Shown here: positions 25,472 through 38,910 of the stretch, one piece after another | Position numbering within the stretch: the first letter of the stretch is position 1 | Layout of the letters: the number at the start of each line of letters is the position of its first letter | Assembly: GCA_030390025.1 (NCBI GenBank) | Contig: CM059431.1 | Location: forward strand, 23,498,001 to 23,562,000 | Reading direction: 5' to 3' | Source: Squalus acanthias | Taxonomy: Eukaryota | DNA length: 64,000 nucleotides | Translations under genes and position numbers: made by a program | The notes under the pieces: generated by a model | What the model saw: only the letters and a program-made list of their open reading frames with translations | Database searches by the model: none | What the model was told of the DNA's origin: nothing

Positions 25472-26176
25472 AACCATCGCCGAATCCCCCACCATCAACA
25501 TCCTGGGGGTCACCATTGGCCAGAAACTTAACTGGACCAGCCACATAAATACTGTGGCTACAAGAGCCGGTCAGAGGCGCTGGGTATTCTGCGGCGAGTG
25601 TCTCACCTCCTGACTCCCCAAAGCCTTTCCACCATCTACAAGGCACAAGTCAGGAATGTGATGGAATACTCTCCACTTGCCTGGATGAGTGCAGCTCCAA
25701 CAACACTCAAGAAGCTCGACACCATCCAAGGCAAAGCAGCCCGCTTGATCGGCACCCCAGCCACCATCTTAAACATTCACTCCCTGCACCACCAGCGCAC
25801 TGTGGCTGCAGTGTGTACCATCTACAAGATGCACTGCAGCAACTCGCCAAGGCTTCTTTGACAGCACCTCCCAAACCCGCGACGTCTACCACCTAGAAGG
25901 ACAAGAGCAGCAGGCGCATGGGAACACCACCACCTCCAAGTTCCTCTCCAAGTTACACACCATCCTGACTTGGAAATATATCGCCGTTCCTTCATTGTCG
26001 CTGGGTCAAAATCCTGGAACTCCCTCCCTAACAGCACTGTGGGAGTACCTTCACCACACAGACTGCAGCAGTTCAAGAAGGCGGCTCACCACCACCTTCT
26101 CGAGGGAAATTAGGGATGGGCAATAAATGCTGGCCTTGCCAGCGACGCTCACATCCCAGGAACGAATAAAAAAAAA
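25472..26176 (+). mobile_element. LINE family B 3' fragment
   Basis: IAESPTINILGVTI...YKAQVRNVMEYSPLAW; same tail and polyA as other copies. Confidence 0.9.
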
Positions 26177-26297
26177 TTGATAAATGATTGAAACAAGATA
26201 ACCATTCTGTTCAGAAAATATGGGTTGTACTATGGATCATTGTGATATTTCCTCAATGCTAGAAAATGATTAATTGTGGCAAATATTTATTATAAAT

Positions 26298-27754
26298 CTG
26301 GGAGGGAAAGGGGTGAAGGCAGAAGTGTGGGAAATAGGACATACACGGTCGAGGGCCCTGTCAACCACAGTGGAGGACATTCCTCGGTTGAGGAAAAAGG
26401 AAGACATATCAGAAGCACTGGTGTGGAAGGTGGCATCATCAGAACTGATGCGACGGAGACAGGGAAACTGGGAGAATGGAATAGAGTCCTTACAGGAAGC
26501 GGGGCAGGAGGAAGTGTAATCAAGGTAGCTGTGGGAGTCGGTGGGCTTATACTAGATATTGTTTGACAGCCTATCCCCAGAAATCGAGATAGAGAAGTCG
26601 AGGAAGGGAAAAGTCAGAGATGGATCATGTGAAGGCGAGGGAGGGGTGGAAACTGGAAGCAAAGTTGATGACATTTTCCAGTTCGGGACGAGAGCAGGAA
26701 GCGGCACTGATACAGTCATCAATGTACCGAAAAAAGAGCTGAGGGAGGGATCCTGAGTAGGACTGGAACAAAGGATGTTCCACGTATCCCACAAAAAGGC
26801 AGGCATAGTTGGGACCCATATGGGTTCCCTTAACGACACCTTTTATTTGGAGGAAGTGAGTGGAGTCAAAGGGAAAGTTGTTCAATGTAAGGACAAGTCC
26901 AGCCAGGCAGAGGACGGTGGTGGTGGATGGGGACTGGTACGGCCTCTGTTCAAGGAAGAAGCGGTGGGCCCTCAGTCTGTACTGGTGGGGGATGGAGATG
27001 TAGAGGGACTGGACGTCCATGGTGAAAAGGAGGTGGTTAGGGCCAGGAAACTTGAAACTGTTAAAGTGGCAGAGGGCATCGGAAGAGTCGCGGCTGTAGG
27101 TTGAAAGACACTGGACAAAGGGAGAAAAAATAGTCGAGATAGAAAGAATTAAGTTGCATGGGGCAAAAACAGGCTGAAACGATGGGCCTACCAAGATAGT
27201 CCTGGTTGTGGATCTTGCGAAGGAGTTAGAAGTGGGCCGTGTGGGGTTGGGGAACTATGAGATTGGAGGCAGTCGGGGGGGGGGGGGGAAGATCTCCAGA
27301 GGAGATGAAGGCACTGACGGTCTGGGAAACAATGATGTTCAGTGGTGGGGTAGTGGTACGGGGGAAGTAGGAGGAGGTGTCAGAGAGTTAGTGTTCAGCC
27401 TCCGCAAGGTAGAGAGGTCGGTTCGCCAAACAACAACAGCGCCGCCCTTGTCAGCATGTTTAATGACAACATTAGGGTTGGACCTGAAAGAACGGAGTTT
27501 TGCAGGTTCATAGGGTGGTAGGTTAGAGTGAGTGAGGGGAGTAGAGAAATTGAGACGGTCGATGTCATGCCGGCAGTTCCCAATGAAAAGGTCAAGAGAG
27601 GGTAAGAGGCCAGAGGGAGGGATCCAGGTGGAACGAGAATTCTGAAGACTGGAGAAAGGGCCCACTGTGCAGGGAAGACTCCTGGCCAAAGAAGTGGGCG
27701 CGGAGGTGAAGGCGACGGAAGAAGAGCTCAGCATCGCGTCGAGCTCGAAATTCA
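26298..27754 (-). mobile_element. Penelope-like element reverse transcriptase fragment (pseudogenised)
   Basis: IKHADKGGAVVVW, LFTMDVQSLYISIPH, QIKGVVKGTHMGPNYACLFVG, FRYIDDC, FLDFSISI: PLE RT motifs spread over several frames. Confidence 0.9.
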
Positions 27755-28959
27755 ATGTTTTGATTTTGCTGTCTACTTGGCAGCATTTGCTAAAATTGCC
27801 CCATAATACACTAGCCAAAGCAATGATGTCGTAGTATCGGAAGTTTGCAAGTAGGAGGCAACTTGGAAATTTGAAAACAATAATCCCGTCCTCTCAATGA
27901 GCACTCAGCTGGTGCATCCTAGTCTCATTCACCTCCATGAGATCAGCGCTTATTTGACAGACTCCCAGTTATCTGCTGAAGCAAAAGAGCAGCAACAAAC
28001 AGAACAATGGTAAATAACATGATTATCAATTGCATCTTTCTACTGTTTGCCAAGCACCTTCACCTCCTTCCTTTCCTTCAATCTGAAGTTCTGCTTTTCT
28101 TCTTGAACCATTTCTGTAAAAATTTCTAAAAGCTGTATTATAAAATGTAACGTACAGCAGCTTGAACAAATACCAATTTAAATAGCAGAATATTTTACAA
28201 CTTTATTTGATTTGCTCATTGCCTAATTTTTAGCAGGCTATTGAATGAAACGGTAGGCTAAATTTTAAAAAAGAACCAGGAGAGAACTGAACATATTAAG
28301 AAACATCACAATTTAAATCTGAGGCTGCACTTTTAGATCACTTTGGTATTTGTTATTAAACTCGGAGTACACTTTTGCCCCAAAGCAAGTTAGGATTGGG
28401 TGCCTATTAACACAAGAAATGGCAGTATAATTTGAACATCAAGCCTCAATCTGATACCGATCACACTAAGTGGTGCAAGACCCCTTGTAAAAGGTTGACA
28501 CCATTTTGAGTTCACACCCACAGCAGTATAAATCCTGTCTAATGTGAAGTCGCTTTTTAAAACTGCACAGGGAGCTATATGAAATGCTTTTAATGCGGGG
28601 GCTTAGTCAGGCACATGCAGTGTACATTCACATTTTAATCTCCTGAGAGGTGCAAATGAGTGCAGCCCCACGCGCCGCTCCTCAGTAACACTTTCCACTC
28701 TGATGTCTGGTTGCTGTGGGTGGGAATTCTCACAACGGTTTTGTGAGATTTCGCAAAATGCTGTGAAAATTCCTGTCCACTACAGCATTCCATCCTTCAG
28801 AGCAGCAGTAGGAAGACCCCGAGAGTGGCACTAAGAGGCAAGGGGAAGAATGCAACCCAAAACTGAGAGGAGAGGAGTGAAAAGTTCCAGCATGAAAGGG
28901 GAGAATTGTGCCAGTTTGAAATATGGATGAGAGGGAGAAGAGTCCCAAGATTAACAATG

Positions 28960-29300
28960 GGTACGATAGTGTAGTGGTTATATGACTAGTAATCCAGAGG
29001 CCTGGACTAATAATCTAGAGAAAGCGAGTTCATAATCCCACCATTTCAGCTTGAGAATTTGAATTCAGTTTAAAAAAATTTAAATTTGGAAATAAAATCT
29101 TACCAGTAAAAGTGACCATGAATCTATCGGATTGTCTTAAAAACCCGAAGGAAATTTGCTGTCCTTACCTGGTCCCACACCAAGGTGGTCAACACTTAAC
29201 TGCTCTCTGAAGTGGCCCAGTAAGCCATTCAGTTAAGGGCAACTGGGGATGGGCAATAAATGCCGGCCTTTCCAGTGACACCCGCATCCAATGATTAATA
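28960..29300 (+). mobile_element. tRNA-derived SINE (same family as 9827-10227); partial copy also at ~29805-29935
   Basis: tagtgtagtggttatatgactagtaatccagagg head; gaaggaaatttgctgtccttacctggt; tail gggatgggcaataaatgccggcc. Confidence 0.72.
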
Positions 29301-30139
29301 ATGAAAGCAAAGCCTGTGTGAATTAAAGCGGAGAGGAAGCAAATAAACTTGAGAGAATGGTGAAGAGTGTCAGTGTGAAATAGAGGATGTGGGAAGAGAA
29401 GGACTCTGTGAATTGGTGGTAGGGAGAGAATTATGCTTCCGCGCCACTGACGACCATATAAACAATCAGATTAAATAACTAGCTGATTTCTCCCCAAGAA
29501 ATTAGGGCAAATTCCAGCAGTTTTTGCCACAGTCTTCCACTCAGCAGTGCTAAAATGTTGGTTACTTCTGCAGCTTAGGCTACAATAAGCCTGTTGTCCC
29601 CACCGCTCTTTCAGTGTAACTACAGATTATGAGCCGATATTCAGGGCTCTTCCCGAGTTGTCAGTTTTTTTGAAACGATTGGTCAGCTTTTGCATGTTTC
29701 TTTTTAAGTTAATATGTAAAGATCTGTTAGTACTGTAATTGTTTTTGTAGCCTCATTTTTAACGCTGCTAACAAATATAGTTGCACACTGGATGTAGTGA
29801 TTATGGGAAGAGAACCTGCCAACTCTACACGTGACTCCAGTCCCACGCTAAATGGTTGACTCTTAATGCGATAAGGGGAACTAAGGATGGGTAATAAATG
29901 TCAGTGTTGCCCACATCCTGAGAATGAAAAAAAATAATCATATGATTGTAAATTCAGTACTCAACTGTTTACAGCTTTTGTTTAACAATAGTATATAGCA
30001 ATAAAATGCTTTGTGATGGAGCACTCCGATAGTGAAGTGGGTAAATGCATCATATGGTGCATGAGTAAACCATAGAGACCACAAGCTCAGCTTTGATGTC
30101 TGGTCTTTGTTAAGCCAGGATAGCAATTTGGTCTCAATG

Positions 30140-30320
30140 CCAAAGGGATTGGGGGGGTGGGGGCAGGACGGGACGAAATAAGAGTTCCTGCTCCTGGTCA
30201 CTATCCAGTAACATATCTGGATGTCTATTGAAAGTGACCTTCATAGGCTGCTGACACTGTCGAGGCACACACATGAAGCGTGGTGACTTGAGTGAGGGCT
30301 GCATGGAACCCAAGTACATC
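30140..30320 (+). repeat. Old dispersed SINE-like repeat (other copies on - strand at ~54180-54440, ~55740-56130, ~56200-56490)
   Basis: Shared degenerate motifs ctgacact...cacacatgaagaat and gggttcctgctcctg...cagtgacccctgct; family not identified. Confidence 0.45.
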
Positions 30321-30480
30321 AAGAGTCCACCGTCTATTAATTACTCCCCTATATAATATAGGACATGAAACCATATATGAATGTGTGGCGGATACAGCAG
30401 ATTTTATAGTGATTATTTGTAAGCTTTGCTAACTTTAAAGGCCTCTTTCAATTAATAAAATTAATTTATTTTTCCCACAG

Positions 30481-30565
30481 ATTGCGTATTTTTGATAGTG
30501 GAGTGATGGTAGTTCAGCTACAGTCGCACAATGAAGATGAAATGATTGCTTCAGCGCTGGAGACT
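30481..30565 (+). CDS. VPS36: VPS36 coding exon
   Basis: tttcccacag acceptor; (R)[28 protein letters not shown]; GTAAGG donor; 85 nt. Confidence 0.96.
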
Positions 30566-31172
30566 GTAAGGAATTTTCCTTTTAATAATCACTAATGTTT
30601 AAACAACCTATGGTTTAAATAGTCAGCTACAGGATATTCGGTAGGGGCAGTGATCTATCAAGAAATAAACCATGACATGGCACCCAGCCTAATTACATGA
30701 ATGACACCGTATAAGCAAACACAGTAATGTGTCATTTTTATATTTAAAAAATGCATGAAAAAGTGGTGCAAATCACAAGGTATAAAATGTTTAAAGAGCA
30801 CCAGGTTTATGAAGCATATTTTAACATGCTGTAACCCTTCCATTCCATTCTACATACCTGTCCCCATCTAGGAAGACAAGCATGCAAGCTGCTCCCAATT
30901 AACCATCCATTAAGAGGTTGCAGGGAAAGCCTAAGGCAACTTGTCTTCATTATTTTTTTTCTCCCCAGAGGGAAATATCTTGTGTCTTTGGATATTCTTC
31001 CCTGATGCCCTGGTCAAAATCAGAGACTTCTTATATAGAGAACTTTCCCTGCTGTATGCACAGCACATTACTACACCACCAGAGAATACCTATTAGGGCT
31101 CTTTTTATACTGCTCAGCTAACTAGCTGTCTAACAAATTATAGGATATTTTTCTTTTTTTTTCTGCACACAG

Positions 31173-31249
31173 GTGTCAGAGAAAGGTTTCCTTAGTTCCG
31201 AAGAGTATGCTAAACTTGTGGGCATTTCAGTACTCCTGGCCAAAGAAAG
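31173..31249 (+). CDS. VPS36: VPS36 penultimate coding exon
   Basis: CAG acceptor; VSEKGFLSSEEYAKLVGISVLLAKE + AG; GTAAAT donor; followed by an 85-nt intron. Confidence 0.96.
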
Positions 31250-31334
31250 GTAAATAATTATTACAGATTTGTACGTTTGAGCATTTTACCAAACATTATT
31301 ACACATTTGCCTTTTCACTTTTTTTTAAACCCAG

Positions 31335-31428
31335 ACTACTACTAGCAGAGAAATTTGGCCACCTGTGTCGTGATGACTCTGTTGAAAGCCTGCGATTTTA
31401 CCCAAATTTATTTCTGACACAAGACTGA
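31335..31428 (+). CDS. VPS36: VPS36 last coding exon (to TGA)
   Basis: CAG acceptor; (R)[30 protein letters not shown]; matches the VPS36 C-terminus. The ten exons total 810 nt with no internal stop. Confidence 0.97.
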
Positions 31429-33500
31429 ATATTCACCTGTGACAATCTGTGCTGTATTTTCCTCGGAGCCCAGTGACTGAGCTGTGTGTCGGTGTATCGC
31501 AGAATTACTGGATGAGCTTGCACTCCAGAATGTCGCACATTTAAATTCAGACGCTTCAAAGCCAGTGTGTCGTAGAAAGGTACAGCCAGTGATAACGAAA
31601 TGACGTACAGGACTCTACTTTGTATGTATGTTCAGGGCATAAGCAATTGCCCTGGTCCGAGCTATACTTTTTCTTTGAGTTGCACCAGTTTTTTTTTGTA
31701 GCATTGTGCAACTGGTTTACTTCTGGATTCCAACCCGATGAACCAAAACTGATGAAGTCAAATTAAATCTTGTAAGACTTCCACAAGTTTCAATTCTTAA
31801 CTCCCTGCATGTAAAGGTTTTTTTTTTATTGTGCTTTTATAATAAGGGAGATCCTTATATCAAGTTCCAACAGTAACCAATGTCGAGGGTTGTTTTAATT
31901 TTGATGTATCAAAATTCATCTCTGACAATATTTTTTGAATTTTTATGTTCTCGCCATTGTCAAAACACTATTTTGCCTTTTCTGCTTTCACATTCTTTCA
32001 GGTTAGTGTTTTGTGTTTTCCCCCTTATTTAATTGTGACTTGCTCAGTTTATAGTTTTCCTTGTCTGTTCTTTGTTACACTGCCTTTTTTGATTTATTTT
32101 CCTTTTTGTTGCATTTTCTTTTGCCCTGCTTTCATCTTATTTTTTTCTTCATGGGGTAGGACAAATATAAAGGGCAGGTCAAGAAGTAGTCAGAAAGAAA
32201 ACCTCAGAGGTAGCAGAATCAGTTGGGAGGCTGTGGGAGAAATGTTTGAGAGACTTGTAATCAAAGGAAGGGAAAGACCTAGACAAAAAGGAAATGGAAG
32301 CGATATGCTTAAATTAAACCAAAGCATTAGGGATAGGGAGGGGACGAAAGAAGAAAGGGGAACAGATACAGAAGTAAAACATAGCCAAGATTGCGTGAAA
32401 GAGAAGTCGAGATCCAGCAAAGGATCTGTTGAATTTCCCTTCTCTCCCAAATCCTGTATTAATGCCATTGTTAAGCCTTTGCGCAATAGAAAAAACTGAT
32501 TTAGTCATCACTCTGCAATGTGTGAATAAGCTTTCAAACTGGCAGAGCATTATGGAATTTAGAGGATGGAATGGGAAGCACATGGGAACAAAATGTAGTT
32601 TTTTATTATTTTTAAAATTGGCCAGTTACTACCTCTAAATGACATGGACACTCCTGTAGCTCTAATTTGTAACTGTTTGGTGCCTGATTTGCTATTATTA
32701 GCTTCACCCGATTAGTGACTTTTGGATTGGTATTGTTTCTGTAATATACTGATGAATAGGGATAACATTCAAAAAGGCGACTGGAGATGGGCCAACGGAT
32801 TATTTAAGCCGTGAATGTCATACATGTGGGTGAGGCTAACTAAGTTGGGGTTCTGTAGGATCAGTAGGTAAATTATGTCAAATGGATAATGTCATTACAG
32901 TAGGAATATTACACTATCCATGATACGCTAGGGCAGGCATGTTTAACTTGCAGCTCTATGGTCACATGTGGCCCCCACCGAGCACTGGCAATCGGTCCTC
33001 AAAGCCTGGGCAATTCAATCCCTTTTCTTATTTGCTAGTTTGTCCTGTTCCAATTTTGTAGGCCTGGAGGTTTGAAAGGAGCTGTTTTAGCACTCATTTG
33101 TGTATCAGAACACCAAGAGCTGTCTATGTTAGCAACTTGAGATATATACTAATTAATGGGACATGGGTTTAAACGTTATAGATGGCCGCCGAGTTTCCAT
33201 GACACATACCCAGGTCGCATTTGAAAAGTTTGGACAACCCTACTTATTAGAGGTAATTTTATGAGTTGGTGCTGTCGGCAGGGAGTCTCACCCGCTTACA
33301 GCGCAGAATGGAAATTTGGGGCCACACTGCTCATGATTTTCCAACCAAATGGTCAGTGGGCAGTACTAGCTAGAAATTCTGATGCGTGCTCCCATCAGAT
33401 GAGGCTCCCCTATGGCAGCGCAAACTCATAAATTTGTTGTGCAAAGTATGTCCTCTAACACTCCTATTTTACTGTGATGCAGTGTATTTATTGTGAAAAA

Positions 33501-33678
33501 AATAAATGGCATGTGCAGCAACTGCAAATCAATTTGGATGCAACAGTTCAGTTGTAAACACTTATTAGAGGTCTCTGCTGCTATGGAAAATGTGTAAAAT
33601 TGGCAGCATATGTTTAAAACAGTTTGAGAACTTTTCTGGGGGGCGGGGGGGGGAGAGTTTTTAGATCCATAAAATAAA
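33501..33678 (+). terminator. Candidate VPS36 polyadenylation signals (AATAAA at 33501 and 33673)
   Basis: Two AATAAA hexamers at the end of a ~2.2-kb region with no recognisable repeats after the stop; the second is followed by a T/GT-rich tract. Actual site unverified. Confidence 0.5.
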
Positions 33679-34127
33679 GATTTGTATTTACTTCTGTTTT
33701 CATTTGTGTGTTAATTCTGCGTTTCTTTTAAACTCATGTCTGTCTGGGAGATCCCTGACTGTCTGAAAAGTTACCTTGATGGATCATAGTCCAAAGCATT
33801 AAAGATCAGAGCTCAGCCCGCCCGAAAATTACATCAATAACCAAATGAAAGACCTACACAATTAATCAGTACTATATGCATCTTTCACACTAGTGCATGT
33901 CATCAAATTTAGGGGCATAGGCAGCTATTTTTTTATCTTATTTGCAACTTTATTATAAGTAATAGTCACAGTTTACAGCCATTAAATCGCCCTGCATTGG
34001 TACTTTTATGCGGGGAGCATTTGTATTAAGGAACGGAAGAGAAACAAAAAGTTCTCGGCAGAACAAAATCGTTATTTTCAAATGTGTCTACAAAAACGGA
34101 GCTTAATTTTGTAACTAGAATGTCTAG

Positions 34128-34980
34128 GGGGGAGAAATTTGGTATCGCCCCGTTTGGGGCGCAATTATCGGCCTGGCGCTAATTATCACCTCCGACTGCA
34201 AACTTGGCTTCTATCGCCCCTGGAGGTGATTGGAGCGCTAAATCAGGCGCTACACACCTCTCTTAAGGCGATAACGCCGAGGAGCGAGGCGCTACCTCAG
34301 AGCACTGGCGAAGCTCATGTGATGTCAGTTAGCAATGGAACACAGACACACTGGCACCAGCCAATTCTTAAAGAGGAGGGTCGATCTTGCTCTCCATCCA
34401 CACCCTGCTCATTGCAGCCTTGAATCTTGGCCTGGAGAGACCTGTACATCAAATCTGCTGGAAAGAACAATGGAGACACCCAGGGAAAGAGCTCAGAGTG
34501 CAGCCCCCATAGTCTTCTAAATCGATGCAAGGAAGGTCAAATCAAAATGAACCTGCAGAGTGCTGCTCAGTACCCAAAACTCCTTCACACAGCGTTGAAT
34601 CTCTCCAGAAGTGTGTCTCTCTCTCAGAATGCGTGGTGCAAAAATGTCGCCAACAAAAAAAGGCAGGAAGCGGTCGCCTTTAATTAGCGCTCCCCCAGTC
34701 CCTTCCTGACTGCAAAACGCTCCCCTCAACCTGTCGTTGCTAGCGGCAGGCGGTAAGACGGGGCGCCACTCAATATCCGGTCTGGGGCGCTACTGGGGCG
34801 TTGCACGCTTGACTGACGTCACGATCTGCAGGCACAGGAGATCGTGGCGGTAGTGTTTCGCGCCGCCGCAAAATGTCTGGTCAATTTCGCGAGCGGCGCA
34901 AACATCGCCGCGCCTGGGCGCTAGTTGCTTTGCGCCCTAGGGCGCTAACGGGAGGCGCAAAGCAACCGAATTTTTCCCCC
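34128..34980. mobile_element. CpG-rich PIF/Harbinger-like non-autonomous DNA transposon
   Basis: TIR GGGGGAGAAATTTGGT / ACCGAATTTTTCCCCC; many GGCGC subterminal motifs; TSD not clear. Confidence 0.72.
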
Positions 34981-35089
34981 GCGGTGTCTAAGGTTCTGTG
35001 CTGATTGATGGTAGTGTCCATCTGTGGACATCTCCTTGTAGAGTCTAATTGTATCTTTAAATGAATTCTGGAGCACATCGAACTTGAAA

Positions 35090-36050
35090 ATGCTGAGAGG
35101 CATAGGTGATGGAGCTGTAAACAGACTAGTTGACCTGGATTATGAGTGAGAAACTAGTGAAAACAGATTCAAAATTAACAAGCCTCAAGTGCGACAATAT
35201 TAGACCCCTTCCACACACAAAATAGTGGATATACAGAGAAAAGCGATTAGTGTTGTGCTAATTAAATGTTTTGAAAAAGCTGGACAAATGTTTGTTTGGG
35301 AACAGAGGTTAAAAGTCCTAGGGACAAGTATAAACTGAGAACATATGAAAAAGGACAGGAATAGACCAACTGGTCCATCAAGCCTGTTCCATCAAGACAT
35401 AGTGCAACCTTCACACACCAGCAACTCAACTCCTCCCCAAATCATGCAGAAAACCAGTGGGAAATTCTCAGGCCAATTTAGGAAACAGACTCTGGAAAAT
35501 TCCTTTCCATTCCCCAAAGGCAATCAAACAAGCTCCCGGAGACTGCAGCAACTGATACTACTTGAAGGAACTCATCCAGCTTCCTTTACAAGGCCTGTAG
35601 CAAATCCACACTCACTGTACATTCTGACAATCTATTCGAGATGTCATTGACTCTGTGAAAAGAAGTACATCCTGCCCTTTAACCTAATTCTGTTTCTTGT
35701 ATTTTATATTGATGCCTGTCTCCTCCTTGTCTATGCTCAGTTAACTTATCCACCTGAACAGAATCGATTCTCTTCATCATTTAAAGACTTCAATCGTATC
35801 TCCTCAAAGTCTATGCAGCTTCAGTGTAAAAAGCCCCAGTTCCCTGAACCTACCCTATTAACTAGAGTTCTAGGATGAAGCATCTTTCTGGTGGCCCTCC
35901 TCTGGACCTTTTCTAGACCCTCGATATCCCCCACAATGTGAGGGGACTAAAACTGGACACAGTATTCTAGATGTGGCCTTAACAAGGTAAGTATCATATT
36001 TCTAATTTTGTATTTAACTGTTCTAGCTATGCACCCCAGCACTCTCTGTT
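35090..36050. mobile_element. Old CR1 fragments (+ at ~35090-35340, - at ~35340-36050)
   Basis: Degenerate CR1 RT C-terminal sequence (e.g. aaactggacacagtattctagatgtggcct). Confidence 0.6.
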
Positions 36051-36350
36051 AAATATAAATTGTTCTCTCTCCACCCCCCTCCATTCATCAGATTGTCTAA
36101 ATGCTACTTCTCTCCCTGGGACCACTGTAAAATAATCAAGATTACCCACCACTATAAACAAGATGTACCAAAATGCTTCCAGAGTTATGGAAATAGTGTG
36201 TAATTGGATGTCACAAATTTAGAAAGTATTGTAATAGTATTTAATGTCAGGATTGAGGGATGGTCATCCCACTAAAATTTGTCTATGGTCTTATGTTACA
36301 GCAGATAAATTCTATTTTTTCTAATATTTACATATAGATCAGCATTTTCG

Positions 36351-36813
36351 GTGTTAGCGTGGCTCACTGGTAGCACTCTCTTGCCTCTGAGTCAGAAGGT
36401 TGTGGGTTCAAGTCCCACTCCAGAAACCTGAGCACAAAATCTAGGCTGGCACTCCAGTGCAGTACTGAAGGAGTGCTGCACTGTCAGAGGTGCCGTGTAT
36501 TGGATGATGCATTAAACCGCAGCCCCGTCTCCCCCCCTCAGGTGGATGTTAAAGATCCCATGGCACTATTTTGAAGAAGAGCAGGGGGAGTTCTCCCTGG
36601 TGTCGCTGCCAATATTTATCCCTCAACCAACATCACTAAAAACAGATTATCTGGTCATTATCACATTGCTGTTTGTGGGAGCTTGCTGTGCGCAAATTAG
36701 CTGCCGCGTTTCCTACATTACAACAGTGACTACACGTCAAAAAGTATTGACTATAAAGTACTTTGGGACATCCGAGGTCGTGAAAGCCACTATGTAAATG
36801 CAAGTCTGTCTTT
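36351..36813 (+). mobile_element. Full-length Deu-domain SINE
   Basis: Colinear with 8413-8877, including A/B boxes and tail. Confidence 0.88.
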
Positions 36814-36884
36814 CTGCCACTATCATTTAAAATTTTTTTTTGAAAAGGTGAGTTTAAAAAAAAGACATTATATTGAATATATAT

Positions 36885-37739
36885 GAAGCAGTCCATGCCC
36901 GCATGCAACAAGACCTGGACGACGTTCAGGCTTGGGCTGATACGTGGCAGGTAACATTCGCGCCACAGAAGTGCCAGGCAATGACTATCTCCAACAAGCG
37001 AGAGTCTAACCACCTCCCCATGACATTCAACGGTATTACCATTGCCGAATCCCCTACCAGCAACATCCTGGGGGTCACCATTGGCCAGAAACTTAACTGG
37101 ACCAGCCACATAAATACTGTGGCAACAAGAGCAGGTCAGAGGTTAGGTATTCTGCGGCAAGTGTCTCACCTCCTGACTCCCCAAAGCCTTTCCACCATCT
37201 ACAAGGCACAAGTAAGGAGAGTGATGGAATACTCTCCACTTGCCTGGATGAGTGCAGCTCCAACAACACTCAAGAAACTCGACACCATCCAGGACAAAGC
37301 AGCCCGCTTGATTGGCACCCCATGCACCACCTTAAACATTCACTCCCTCCACCACTGGCGTACCGTGGCTGCAGTATGTACCATCTACAAGATGCACTGC
37401 AGCAACTCGCCAAGGCTTCTTTGACAGCACCTCCCAAACCCGCGACCTCTTCCACCTAGAAGGACAAGGGCAGCAGACGATTGGGAACACCACCACCTCC
37501 AAGTTCCCCTCCAAGTCACACACCATCCTGACTTAGAGGTATAGCGCTGATCCTTCATCATCGCTGGGTCAAAATCCTGGAACTCCCTACCTAACAGCAC
37601 TGTGGGAGTACCTTCACCACACAGACTGCAGCAGTTCAAGAAAGCGACTCACCACCACCTTCTCAAGGGCAACTAGGGATGGGCAATAAATGCTGGCCTT
37701 GCCAGCGATGCCCACATCCCACAAACAGATTAAAAAAAA
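36885..37739 (+). mobile_element. LINE family B 3' fragment (longest copy)
   Basis: ORF 36873..37424 MQQDLDDVQAWADTWQVTFAPQKCQAM...; tail and polyA. Confidence 0.9.
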
Positions 37740-38910
37740 TTGGAGACTTTTTCAATTTACCCTCCACGCTGCCATGGCATTTCGGCTCACAATCCCGTAG
37801 AATGGTGGGATGTGGGTTTATGCCTGTGATCCCTACACAATTAAGGCCCTAATCCCAACCATGTTTATGTTGGGTGGTGCCAGGAGGAGGTTTGCATTCG
37901 GCCTTGTGGGGGAATAGAGGCAGTCGTCACTGAGCTGCTCGTATGGGCTGGAGAGACTGAGGTTCTGGGAAAAATTAATTCAAAAAAAGGAGGGGTTTGA
38001 TCCTTTAATAAAAAGTAAAAGTTTCCATTACTTAGGTATAATTTAAAATCTGGAAAGCATAGAAAATCCTTACTTTAATACAATATCCATCATTGTGATA
38101 TATAAGTTTCTTTGGTTATGTATTTTAAAGAAAAGTCAAATGTACAATTTTGTTTTGCAAATGATATTCTCAACAAGCTCCGAAATGTGTTGTGTCTGGA
38201 GAGATCTGAAACACAAGGAAGCATGTTAATCATTTTACCACTTTTCTGTGGTGAAGACAGAAATAAGAAGAAATACTTTCTTCAGCAACCCAACAATTTA
38301 TTACAATGAACTGCCTGAAAGTATAAAGTATAACTCATTTTAAGAATTCCTATTGGTTGCTAAAATTGGAATCAGATTCTTAACCACAAGTCTACAATTG
38401 TGAGGAGTGGGGAAGATGTATAATCTCTTGAACCTTTTCAGCAAGTGGACACTGCGATTGGATTTTTATAAATTACATTTTTACACATGTTGCTTGACAT
38501 CTGAGGGCTGAAATTCCTGTCTTTGCTAATAATCGCGAAACAGTGGTTGTGTATGAAGTGATAATATATCACTTTTAACTTAAGTATACTTTTTTGTAAA
38601 ATTATTGAAGACAAAAATGTTATCCCTCCCTCTCCCCCCCCCAGCCCTGTTTCTGTCCAGGGATAAATGTTATTGAACTAATAACAAAAATAAAATGACA
38701 GCTATCACTTATGAAATAAATAAAATTTACCTACTTCAAGTAACACACTTTCCAACGGCGCAACTTCCCCCAAGATCCAACCGACAGTTCTCTCTCTGAC
38801 AGTGACCGTCATGGTGACTGCACAACTGCCATCATTTCTGAAACAAGTCACAGCTCTAAGCACAGAACAGAAACCAAACACCTCCTGAGCAATTAGGTGG
38901 CAAGAACAAA

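Noticed and set aside
31945-32499. 184-aa ORF with a hydrophobic N-half and charged C-half
   Set aside because: It reflects adjacent T-rich and purine-rich low-complexity sequence in the presumed VPS36 3' UTR; no recognisable homology.
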